A DNA stretch of 64,000 nt from Candidatus Aenigmatarchaeota archaeon (GCA_043801595.1 JAZDLW010000019.1:1-64000); one strand, 5' to 3'. Positions 10,356 through 19,079 are shown, counted from the first letter of the stretch. The notes: generated by a model not told the origin, from the letters alone. A program made the numbers and translations.

Positions 10356-11513
10356 TCATTTTTTGTGCTTGAATACCGATGTTAGCGGTTCATTTAATAT
10401 GAATTCGTGCATCCTGTTTCGGGCGTCAGCCAGTTTTTCCTGATGTTCCAATAAAAGCTTCTTGACTTTGGGCGTCACTTCTTTTTTGTGTTCGCCGCAC
10501 ATAAGCTGTCCTGATCTGCATGCCTTGTAAACGGAATCGTCATTCAAAAAATTGTTCGCGTCCAATCCGTAGATCGGGCAGATTTCAGGTATTCCGCCCC
10601 TTTCGCGCTGTAGATCTGCGATCGCACTTCCGCCGTTGTACGATGTTTTTATCAGTTTCTCCGCCCTTTCCGGTGTGTCTGTAAGAAATATCGCAGACTC
10701 GGGCCTTGATGTGGACATTTTTCCCTTGCCGTCAAGACCGAACAAAAATTTAGTGCAAACTTCCGCCGGAGGAACCATACCTTTTTTCTTGGCAATGTCC
10801 CGCGCAAGCTGTATGTACGGGTGTTGGTCAATGCCCACCGGGATTACGGTTGGCTGCGTGCCGCCGAATTCTTCCAATTGCGGCAGAAGGATCTGTGCAA
10901 GTTGTACGGCGCCCCTGTAAAAAACGACACCAATGTTTTGGCTTTCATCAACGCCGAAAACACCGTTTATTTTGCCTACTGTCAATTCGCGGGATATATC
11001 AATCGCAAGGTTATAGATATTCGTGTAATCGGAGTCCACGAAAATCCTGGTTTTTCCCGGTTTGAAACCCATTGCTATTATGCTTGGTATTACGTCTTCG
11101 TATGCGATTCGTCTTGATTCTCCAAGCGAGTCCTTTTTGCGCACCAGATACGTTTCATCGTTCGTAACAGGTATGTAAACTGTAGCTCCCTGCTCCTGAA
11201 ACCATAGCAATTCGTCGAAGATCGCCTTATGACCGAGGTGCAGCGGGCCGGACGGGTTAAGGCCTGATACGGCAGCCCACCTGTCGCCGTTTTCCATTGC
11301 TGGCGCAACCGATTCCAAATCCTTGTGCGCATATGTCACGCCCATTTTCATGAATCTGCTCGGAGACGGATGATAGGAAGCGAACCTTGAGACACTTTTC
11401 AGTCCGAGTTCTTCCATTTTTTGTTCGTAGAATCGGCGTTCTTTTTCCCCCAACGCAAGTTTTATGCTGTAATCCTTTTCCACCATTTCGAGCATTTCTT
11501 TAGAGTATGCCAC
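10356..11513 (-). CDS. trpS: Tryptophan--tRNA ligase (divergent TrpRS, paralogue B)
   Basis: SGLNPSGPLHLGH, PVGIDQHPY, KMSTS, CRSGQLMCGEHK; QLAQILLPQ replaces the usual QAADILxPQ. Confidence 0.8.
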   Translation of the reverse strand: MAYSKEMLEMVEKDYSIKLALGEKERRFYEQKMEELGLKSVSRFASYHPSPSRFMKMGVTYAHKDLESVAPAMENGDRWAAVSGLNPSGPLHLGHKAIFDELLWFQEQGATVYIPVTNDETYLVRKKDSLGESRRIAYEDVIPSIIAMGFKPGKTRIFVDSDYTNIYNLAIDISRELTVGKINGVFGVDESQNIGVVFYRGAVQLAQILLPQLEEFGGTQPTVIPVGIDQHPYIQLARDIAKKKGMVPPAEVCTKFLFGLDGKGKMSTSRPESAIFLTDTPERAEKLIKTSYNGGSAIADLQRERGGIPEICPIYGLDANNFLNDDSVYKACRSGQLMCGEHKKEVTPKVKKLLLEHQEKLADARNRMHEFILNEPLTSVFKHKK

Positions 11514-11517
11514 AATA

Positions 11518-12528
11518 TCACCTTAATACCAAAATAATATTTTTTCCCAAACTATCAGCAACAGTTCTTCGCAACTCCTCCGGAGTTATCTTACCTTCGT
11601 AATAAAGTTCAGGAATTTCCAGAGGAGAGGATTCGCCTTTCAATCTTTTTCCCGCCATTTCGGATATTATTCCGATATCAAGAACGGGATTCGGAAGTGA
11701 CGGATTTTTTGAGATGAATGAACGTTCAATAAGCGCACGCGCCTCTTCGGGAGTTGTCCTTCCGGCGATAATACGGTTCGCGTGCAGTCTTTTGCTGTCC
11801 GCCTTGTACGCGGTTATTCCGAACTCTTCCTCCTCGTGCGAAAAGAAATAACTCCAGCCAAGCCCAACCGGGAATGTCGGGGATAAAAATACGGATAAGA
11901 TGCGCGGATAGCCGAGTTTGTCAGCAACTCTTCTGCTTACCGAATCGTAAAGGTCTTCTCTCGGCGGACCGACTTTAATATCGAAATTCAGAATCGTGTT
12001 TATTTCGTCGAACGAGTACCCGAAGCCCCTCTGTTTTTCGATTTCCGTTTTGCTGGGCGGTACTGTTTTTTCCACCATTTCCATAAGAGACGGGTCGGCG
12101 TTGCAAATTTTACTTACCTGTGCCAATCTTTTCTGGAATTCCGGAGAGTCGATATATTCGCTCATCTTAATCACTTTAAGACCTGTCCCGTAAACTTCGT
12201 TCACAGTCTTTACAAAGTCTGCCCTCTCTTTCCCGAGTTGCATGTAACGATATTTTAAATTATCAGATACGTTCCTGCACGCCGCGCTATCCGCAACCAA
12301 TATTGTCGGCTCAGTTTTCCATCCGTTGTCGCGCAGACTCTTTCCGAGTTCTGAAACAAAGAAGTAATACTTCATGCTGTCGATTGTATTTCCGTAGTCA
12401 TCGTAGGTTTCCCCGTAAAATATTCTTGTCGCGTCCGGTTTTCTGGAATCAGCCCTCGCTCTAATTTCTTCGGTATCGGGGTGTTCGATTACCAGCCCTC
12501 TCTGAGAGAATAATTTGCTAATTTCCAT
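11518..12528 (-). CDS. TyrRS-fold protein lacking HIGH motif (class Ic aaRS-like / CDPS-like), paralogue 2
   Basis: By-eye alignment to archaeal TyrRS: ILVAD, MSEYIDSPEF, YSFDEINTI, DIKVGPPRE, YKADSK, TPEEARALI, ITPEELRRTVADSL; clearly paralogous to 12538-13485. Confidence 0.6.
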   Translation of the reverse strand: MEISKLFSQRGLVIEHPDTEEIRARADSRKPDATRIFYGETYDDYGNTIDSMKYYFFVSELGKSLRDNGWKTEPTILVADSAACRNVSDNLKYRYMQLGKERADFVKTVNEVYGTGLKVIKMSEYIDSPEFQKRLAQVSKICNADPSLMEMVEKTVPPSKTEIEKQRGFGYSFDEINTILNFDIKVGPPREDLYDSVSRRVADKLGYPRILSVFLSPTFPVGLGWSYFFSHEEEEFGITAYKADSKRLHANRIIAGRTTPEEARALIERSFISKNPSLPNPVLDIGIISEMAGKRLKGESSPLEIPELYYEGKITPEELRRTVADSLGKNIILVLR

Positions 12529-12537
12529 GATCTCAGC

Positions 12538-13485
12538 TTACGCGAAGAAATTGGCTACGTAAAGATTTAAGTAGCTGAGCGCCATATTTTTAAGTTTTTT
12601 GTCGGACATGCCATCTGTTGAGAACGGACGGATGTCGTTTTCCACTCTTTGCCTTGCCAAGTCGGCTGTTACCAGAACGTGTTCCACGGCTTTTCTGTTC
12701 TTAGAAGATCTAATCAGATACCTTGCCTTGTCGCCGTCAAACGGATCAAGACATATTCTTCTTTCCTGCATACCTTTGCTGCTTAGCTTGTACGGCAGAA
12801 GACCGAATGGAATTTCTTCTTCGGTGTCCCCCAGCGGCTGTATTTCCGTGAGATGAATGGCCGCGTATTTTTTCAAACCCGCCGCGGGTCCGAACCTTCT
12901 TGCTGGTTTGTCGTACATCGCCTCGTATGGGGGACCGACTTTGATGTCCGTATCCCACGCGGCAATTGATGCTAGCTCTTCCAACGGGTAATTGATAGAA
13001 TCTTTATTGTTTCTTCTATCTTCAGGCACGGCCATTGAAACAAGCGATGCGAATCGCGGATTGGTTTCCATTTCCTGTTTCAACTTATTTAATGTCTGCT
13101 GATATTCCGGTGTTTCACGCAATGCGGATGAGAATTCCATGTGAATCTTTCCTTTATATGCAAAGTTTATTCTGTCCAAAAAATTCCAGCGCCTGATTCC
13201 GTAAATACACGCTTCATCGTCGGTCATGTCCTTGTTTATATCGGTCAGAAAGTGGTCTGCGAGAAGCATGCCTGCGTTGGATTCTACGCCTCGCTCAGCC
13301 AGAATATCCTGAAAGTTCATCATAAACAGGCTATATTTCATCATATCGAACGGCTGGCCCGCGCGGTCGTATGTCTGCCCCATCATTATTTGGACAGGAT
13401 TTTTATTTCTTTGTATGGTTTTGAGTTCTTCCATACCTAGTACATCCGCAACAAGTTGCGGTTGTTTGAGATATTCCAATAGCAT
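12538..13485 (-). CDS. TyrRS-fold protein lacking HIGH motif (class Ic aaRS-like / CDPS-like), paralogue 1
   Basis: GQTYD, LLADHFLTDIN (cf. TyrRS LLADLHAYLN), YPLEELASI (cf. YPIMQVNDI), DIKVGPPYE (cf. DVAVGGMEQ), YKLSSKG (cf. KMSSSKG). Confidence 0.6.
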   Translation of the reverse strand: MLLEYLKQPQLVADVLGMEELKTIQRNKNPVQIMMGQTYDRAGQPFDMMKYSLFMMNFQDILAERGVESNAGMLLADHFLTDINKDMTDDEACIYGIRRWNFLDRINFAYKGKIHMEFSSALRETPEYQQTLNKLKQEMETNPRFASLVSMAVPEDRRNNKDSINYPLEELASIAAWDTDIKVGPPYEAMYDKPARRFGPAAGLKKYAAIHLTEIQPLGDTEEEIPFGLLPYKLSSKGMQERRICLDPFDGDKARYLIRSSKNRKAVEHVLVTADLARQRVENDIRPFSTDGMSDKKLKNMALSYLNLYVANFFA

Positions 13486-13488
13486 AGC

Positions 13489-14997
13489 TCACACCATCAA
13501 ATCGTTTTTCAATTCATTTACAATGTCGTACCATTTCGTCCTGTTCCTTTTTGATTCATCCACAATCGCCCGCGAAGGCAGCGGCGTCCAGAATGAAGGT
13601 TGAGATGTTTTTCTTCCCTGCGCACGCGCAAGCGCGTATTCGTAGACTTCTGTGCGCCTGTCGTAGTGTGAAAGCAGCTCATCCTTCAAATGTTGCTGGA
13701 CGATGTCACAGTTGTACTGACCGTTTTTTTCACATTCGCCAACAAGATAGTGACTCATTATTCTTGATCTTTCTTCCGGCGTTTTAGCAGCTTTCAGCGA
13801 ATCGTTCACAGAAGCTGGCGGGTTTTCACAAATTTCCCTGAAATTTATTTTGTTATAGCGGTTGAATTCACGCAGATACCTTACCATGTCCAACGCGCAA
13901 AATTCCGTGGCTTCTGTTGTGTTTGCGATTGAATACGATAGTTTTTCCGTTTCGGTTTTTAACCTGTCGGCGAGCGAAAGTTTTTGAGGGCCGGCGCCAA
14001 CGAACAACGTGCTATCGGGCTGGCTCGAACTGGCCTTGTTTCCGGTCAGACCTCTCATGTGCGGTATGTAAAATGCGGATGGCACGGTTTGCAATCCTGC
14101 AACAGGATTTACGCTTGACAGCGAATTTTTTATCATCTCAAGCGTCATAGTCATATGGCCGTCTTGGTCAGGGCCGCTGACCATGAATGAATGGTAGTTC
14201 GCGAAATCAGGGTGTTGCGGCAGAATTATGTCTGCGGCTTGCGATGCCCCGGCAAACAAGAACGGAAAGTTTTCCGCCAGCTTTTCAAATTTGTAAGTGT
14301 CTATTGCGAAATCAAAATTAATCGTAGCTATCAAACCTGCGGCCATTTCACTTGCCCTTTTTTCTTCTGATTGCAGATACACGTGTGCGGCGTCCAAGTT
14401 TATTCCATTCGCGCCCCAATCGAGCAGGTTATCGGCAGCCCAGTATTCGTATCTTTTTCTGCGCGATAACGAAGGATCGGATTCCATCAATTTTTTTTCT
14501 GTGCCCGCTTCCACATCGGCGACAGGGATGAATACCTGAGCGCCGTTTCTTTGAAAGTAAACTATCGTGGATGCGGTAAGCTTGTGCCCGAAGTGGACAG
14601 CGCCGCTCGGTTTGAAGCCGGATGCTATTCCCATGGTCTTTTCATTATTCAGCGCGTCTACCAATCCTGCGCCATTTCTCTGCCTGATTGCGCGCTGCGA
14701 CACTATGGGAAGTCCGCTGTCAAATTTTTCAAGCTCTTCGTACAATCCTGTCGCTGCCGGCTCCCCTTCTTCTGTGAGGTACCGTGATTCGTAACCAGAC
14801 GGTCCGCCGCTTTGGAGCTGCTTAAAGATTATGTCGTAGTTTTTTGTCCTAATTCTTCGTAGATCACCGTTTTCATCATCAGGAATTTTTGTCAGTTTAC
14901 CTTCAGGCGGTGTTACCCATTTTCCACCCTTTTTGTAATACAATCCTGTGGGTATGTTATCGAAAGAAACAGCATCGTCTTTTCCAGAGTTTTCCAT
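13489..14997 (-). CDS. TrpRS-like protein (paralogue A) with N-terminal extension and atypical C-terminus
   Basis: SGFKPSGAVHFGH, FIPVADVEA, QAADIILPQ, SGPDQDGH, GNKASSS (degenerate KMSKS). Confidence 0.75.
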   Translation of the reverse strand: MENSGKDDAVSFDNIPTGLYYKKGGKWVTPPEGKLTKIPDDENGDLRRIRTKNYDIIFKQLQSGGPSGYESRYLTEEGEPAATGLYEELEKFDSGLPIVSQRAIRQRNGAGLVDALNNEKTMGIASGFKPSGAVHFGHKLTASTIVYFQRNGAQVFIPVADVEAGTEKKLMESDPSLSRRKRYEYWAADNLLDWGANGINLDAAHVYLQSEEKRASEMAAGLIATINFDFAIDTYKFEKLAENFPFLFAGASQAADIILPQHPDFANYHSFMVSGPDQDGHMTMTLEMIKNSLSSVNPVAGLQTVPSAFYIPHMRGLTGNKASSSQPDSTLFVGAGPQKLSLADRLKTETEKLSYSIANTTEATEFCALDMVRYLREFNRYNKINFREICENPPASVNDSLKAAKTPEERSRIMSHYLVGECEKNGQYNCDIVQQHLKDELLSHYDRRTEVYEYALARAQGRKTSQPSFWTPLPSRAIVDESKRNRTKWYDIVNELKNDLMV

Positions 14998-15194
14998 GTA
15001 AACTCCAACTATAACTATTCGTGAATCGCAAGAGATTTAAGGTGCACGCATTCCGGCAATGTTTAAATAGGCGCGAAATTCTAATTAGTTAAGGTAATCG
15101 GTGATGCCGTACCAATGGACGCTCAGTTTGGGATAGACAACGGTTCTGTTATTTCTATCAAGATCAAAAAAATCGAATTTACGGGAAGAGAGTT

Positions 15195-16274
15195 ATGAAT
15201 ATCGAAAATATTGTCCGAAAATCTATCATCGACATGGGCGTAAAGGAATATGCACCGGATAAACAGGAAAAGACGCACAAATTTGATTTGTCGCTGAATA
15301 TAAACCCGTTCGGAGTTTCGGACAGGGTAATGGATAAGATACGCTCGATTTCACCGCCTGTAGTAAACAACTATTACGCTGAAAATCAGGATTTGAAAAT
15401 TGAAATATCGAATTACGTTGGCGTGAAACCGGAACAAGTTTTATTGGGCGACGGCTGTGACGGCTGCATAGAGATGATTGCACACACGTTCATTGAAAAT
15501 GGGGACGAGGTGTTAATACCTGTTCCTACGTTCCATCGATACGAGTTTCACACAGATCTTATGGGCGGGACGCCTGTGTTTTGCGAGATGAATGAAAATT
15601 TCGAGATAGATGCTGGAAAACTTCTGGAAAAGGCTACGGACAAAACGAAGATAATATTCCTCTGCGATCCCAATAACCCCACGGGTCTTGCGATAGACGA
15701 CACAATAAAGGAGAATATAATCAGAAGATTCCACGGAATCGTAGTAATAGACGAAGCCCTTGCCGACACCGCCGGGATAAACGGTTCGAAACTCGTGGAC
15801 AAGCATGACAATCTTATAGTCGTACGCTCATTTTCCAAGACTTTTGGCATAGCATCACTGAGAGTAGGATACATCATATCCAATGAAAAAATCGTTCGGG
15901 AGGTAAAGAAGACATCGTCGCCGTTCAAGGTCAACGGTTTGGCGCAGGAAGCTGCGCTTGAAGCGCTGCGTGACAAGGATTACATCAGGAAATCCAAGGA
16001 GTTTATAGACAAAGAAAAGAATTTTTTGTTCGACAGTCTTAAAACAATTGGTATGAAGTTTACCGATACTAAGACCACAAATTTCCTTCTCGACATCACG
16101 CCAACAGGACTCTCGACGTCTGAATTCGTTGATAGGCTGAAAGAAAAAAACGTAATAGTCACAAACGCAACCGTTTTCCGGGTTTCCGAAGATAAGTTTG
16201 TCAGGGTGTGCATTAGCGACCATGAGAGCAATGCCAAGTTCATAGATGTGATACGGGAGATCTGTGGCGATTGA
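15195..16274 (+). CDS. PLP-dependent aminotransferase, histidinol-phosphate/aromatic (HisC-like)
   Basis: LSLNINPFG, CDPNNPTG, IDEA, RSFSKTFGIASLRVGY (PLP lysine). Confidence 0.88.
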   Translation: MNIENIVRKSIIDMGVKEYAPDKQEKTHKFDLSLNINPFGVSDRVMDKIRSISPPVVNNYYAENQDLKIEISNYVGVKPEQVLLGDGCDGCIEMIAHTFIENGDEVLIPVPTFHRYEFHTDLMGGTPVFCEMNENFEIDAGKLLEKATDKTKIIFLCDPNNPTGLAIDDTIKENIIRRFHGIVVIDEALADTAGINGSKLVDKHDNLIVVRSFSKTFGIASLRVGYIISNEKIVREVKKTSSPFKVNGLAQEAALEALRDKDYIRKSKEFIDKEKNFLFDSLKTIGMKFTDTKTTNFLLDITPTGLSTSEFVDRLKEKNVIVTNATVFRVSEDKFVRVCISDHESNAKFIDVIREICGD

Positions 16275-16319
16275 GTGCAAACGCTTTAATAATCTTTGTT
16301 TCAATACCTTTCAGGTACA

Positions 16320-17012
16320 ATGCCACAACTTTCTGATCTTCGCGTGAAATTGGACCAGATGACCGGGAGAATAACCAGCAAACTCAAAGACAGGTCAAGG
16401 TTTCCGTTGAATACGCCTGTTTATGTGCCGGATGCGATCCCGATAGCAGGTAGAAGTGGCGTATCGCTTTTTGAGTTTGCTATTGAAGGACTGGAAAGGT
16501 ATCATGCTTCGTTGGGCAGGTACAATTATCCGGACCAGTTTCCATTGCTGAGGAATGAAGAGCGTTCAACAGTGTATAGACACGTGCCTCCGGCGGACGT
16601 GAGCGCAGTAAGCATAAGCATAGGAAGTGACATGGTAAATTTCTACCGCGATTTTCTAAAGAACCTTTGCACAGATCATAGCGAGGATCCTATATCGTTC
16701 GGAGAAACCGCTTACTGTGATGCAGACCTTCTTGAATTAACTCACGAAAGAATAAATCTTGGAAGATATGTCGCAGAATCAAAATTACAGAGAGAGCCGT
16801 CTGTAAGAGATTTTGTCGGCGATGAGAAATTGCTTACCCCGAAGTTGAGGGATCTTGGCAGGGAGGAACAGGTCGTATCAAAGGCGAAAAATATTGCCGG
16901 CCAGTATGAACTTTCACAGGATGTAGCGGAAAAATACATGCGATGGATTATTTCAGAAACGATCAAGGTCGAGGTCGAATATCTGCAAAAAAAATTCCAG
17001 CCTGTCGGCTGA
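16320..17012 (+). CDS. Chorismate mutase, eukaryote-like AroQ-beta (Aro7-type)
   Basis: LSDLRVKL, RSRFPLN, HASLGRYNYPDQFP, RINLGRYVAESK, WIISETIKVEVEYL parallel the yeast/plant chorismate mutase motifs. Confidence 0.8.
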   Translation: MPQLSDLRVKLDQMTGRITSKLKDRSRFPLNTPVYVPDAIPIAGRSGVSLFEFAIEGLERYHASLGRYNYPDQFPLLRNEERSTVYRHVPPADVSAVSISIGSDMVNFYRDFLKNLCTDHSEDPISFGETAYCDADLLELTHERINLGRYVAESKLQREPSVRDFVGDEKLLTPKLRDLGREEQVVSKAKNIAGQYELSQDVAEKYMRWIISETIKVEVEYLQKKFQPVG

Positions 17013-17169
17013 TGTTCTGGTTTTTAACTGACAAAAAGCTCCATTCAAAACTGCTTGACGTAGCGTCTGCGAAAAAATTTAACATCGAAACCAATGATAT
17101 GTTAAGCCGTTACACCTTTTGCACGAATCGATTCTGTTGTTTTTATTTCTGGTTGTGCAATAAAATCAT

Positions 17170-17787
17170 ATGGGCGGGCCCGAAACGACTAAGCAGAGTT
17201 ATGACAAGTCGGCATCCTTATGGGCAGACAACCATTGGACACACAACCAAGAAAAAGATTTGGGTCTAATTCCGATTCTGAAAAAATTTGTTGAAATAAT
17301 CGGTAATAGGGGATCGGTATTGGATGCGGGTTGCGGTCCTGGAAGGGACACCAAGTTTTTGCTCGAGTGTGGGATAAAAACAATAGGTATAGATTTTTCC
17401 GACGGTATGCTGGAAGAAGCAAAAAAAAGAGTTCCCAACGGTGATTTTAGGAAAATGGATATGAGAGTTCTCGACTTCGAAGATAACGCATTTGAAGGCG
17501 TATGGGCGTGTGCGTCGTTGCTGCATTTTCCGAAAAATGAAATTTCAAAATCCCTGAAGGAATTTGGCAGGGTATTAAAACCGAACGGAATTTTGTGCGC
17601 GCTTGTAAAAGAAGGAACAGGGGAAGGGATAGAAACAGAGAAATACGGTCCCAGATTTTTTGCTTATTATCAGAAGGAAGAATTCGAAAATAAAGTAAAG
17701 GAAAGCGGTTTTGAAGTGGTCGATTCAGGGATCAACAAAGGAGAAAAGTGGAACTGGATATGGGTATTCGCAAAGCCAGACAAGTAA
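17170..17787 (+). CDS. Class I SAM-dependent methyltransferase
   Basis: VLDAGCGPGRD, GIDFS, VWACASLLH, LKPNG. Confidence 0.9.
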   Translation: MGGPETTKQSYDKSASLWADNHWTHNQEKDLGLIPILKKFVEIIGNRGSVLDAGCGPGRDTKFLLECGIKTIGIDFSDGMLEEAKKRVPNGDFRKMDMRVLDFEDNAFEGVWACASLLHFPKNEISKSLKEFGRVLKPNGILCALVKEGTGEGIETEKYGPRFFAYYQKEEFENKVKESGFEVVDSGINKGEKWNWIWVFAKPDK

Positions 17788-17809
17788 TTTCCGGCGTAGT
17801 TAAAATTAA

Positions 17810-17968
17810 AGCTCGGAGGGAGAGTCGAACTCCCCTTTGACGCTTTCTGCCTCTTTTGATCAAACTTTTTCAAAACAACGAAAACAATCATGTTTTCGTG
17901 CACAGGAAATATTATGTTTCCTGTGAGTTTGACTGCAGGCGCCCACATAGCCGATCTGTCATCCGAGC
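17810..17968 (-). tRNA. tRNA-Cys(GCA) with 88-nt intron at 37/38 (17845-17932)
   Basis: GCTCGGA...TCCGAGCT; GGCGC-CTGCAG|intron|A-GCGTC; CTGC/GCAG central helix with AAA bulge; spliced length 71 nt. Confidence 0.9.
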
Positions 17969-18865
17969 TCAATAGTATGTGTTCATGTACCTGTCCGCAC
18001 TATCTGGCAGGACTGTCACAACAGTGCCGGATTTGATTTTCTTTGCAATCTTTAATGACGCAACAACATTGGCACCGGAGGAAATTCCTACGAACAACCC
18101 CTCTTCCTCGGAGAGTCTTGCGGCCATCGTTATCGCATCCTTATCTTTGACTTTGATGGTTTTATCTATTAAATTAATTCTATCCTCTACCAGCTTAGGT
18201 ATAAACCCCTCCCCGATACCTTCGATACGATGCATTCCGGGCTTTCCTCCTGTTAATACTGCGGAATTGAAAGGTTCGACAGCCACTATTTGCGTATCCG
18301 GCGCTTTCTTCCTGAGAATCTCTGCGATTCCCATCAGAGTGCCGCCGGTTCCGACTCCTGCGACGAACGCGTCGACGTGCCCCACTTCACGCAATATTTC
18401 GTTGGCAGTTTCGTGATGCGCATTGACATTGTCGACGTTCTCGAACTGGTTCAATAAAACCATACCATTGTTCGCTAATAGTTTTGCCTTTTCAATTGTT
18501 CCGTACACACCGAGTTTTTTCGGCGTTAGGACGACTTTTGCGCCGTAGTGCTTCATTATTCTTGCCCTTTCTTTGCTCGCGAACTCGGGCATGACAGCAA
18601 CGAATTTGTAACCCTTTATTGCGCATATCATAGCGAATGCTATGCCCGTGTTCCCTGTGGTCGGCTCAACGATTGTCATTCCCGGACGGAGGATCCCCTT
18701 TCTCTCAGCGGATTCTATCATGTATTTTACAATCCTGTCTTTAACAGAACCGCTTGGATTCAGGAATTCGGCTTTGGCGTACAGTTTCACACCTTTGAGT
18801 TTTGTTATCTTCTTTATTCTTACTATTGGCGTGTTTCCAATCCATTTCAAAATATTGACAGGCAT
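17969..18865 (-). CDS. cysK: Cysteine synthase (O-acetylserine sulfhydrylase)
   Basis: IGNTP, NPSGSVKDR, PTTGNTG, GVGTGGT, GISSGA; start moved to ATG 18865 after GGTGAT. Confidence 0.92.
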   Translation of the reverse strand: MPVNILKWIGNTPIVRIKKITKLKGVKLYAKAEFLNPSGSVKDRIVKYMIESAERKGILRPGMTIVEPTTGNTGIAFAMICAIKGYKFVAVMPEFASKERARIMKHYGAKVVLTPKKLGVYGTIEKAKLLANNGMVLLNQFENVDNVNAHHETANEILREVGHVDAFVAGVGTGGTLMGIAEILRKKAPDTQIVAVEPFNSAVLTGGKPGMHRIEGIGEGFIPKLVEDRINLIDKTIKVKDKDAITMAARLSEEEGLFVGISSGANVVASLKIAKKIKSGTVVTVLPDSADRYMNTYY

Positions 18866-18884
18866 AATATCACCACTATTCATA

Positions 18885-19079
18885 TTAGTCACTCCAGAAA
18901 AATATCTTTCTCCTTGTGTCTGACAGGACTCTGACATCCTTGATAAGGCCGTCACCTCTGAGAATTCCGAGATTGTACCTCAAAGTTCTTTCGGGCAATC
19001 CTGTTTCAATTGCGAGTTCTTGTATATTTCTTGGTCTAGAAAGAGCGTGCTTTATTTTCACCAAGGCAAAGGCGTTCAC
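18885..19079 (-). CDS. Small winged-helix HTH transcription regulator
   Basis: IQELAIETGLPERTLRYNLGIL HTH; GGTGA upstream; co-oriented with cysK. Confidence 0.75.
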   Translation of the reverse strand: MNAFALVKIKHALSRPRNIQELAIETGLPERTLRYNLGILRGDGLIKDVRVLSDTRRKIFFWSD

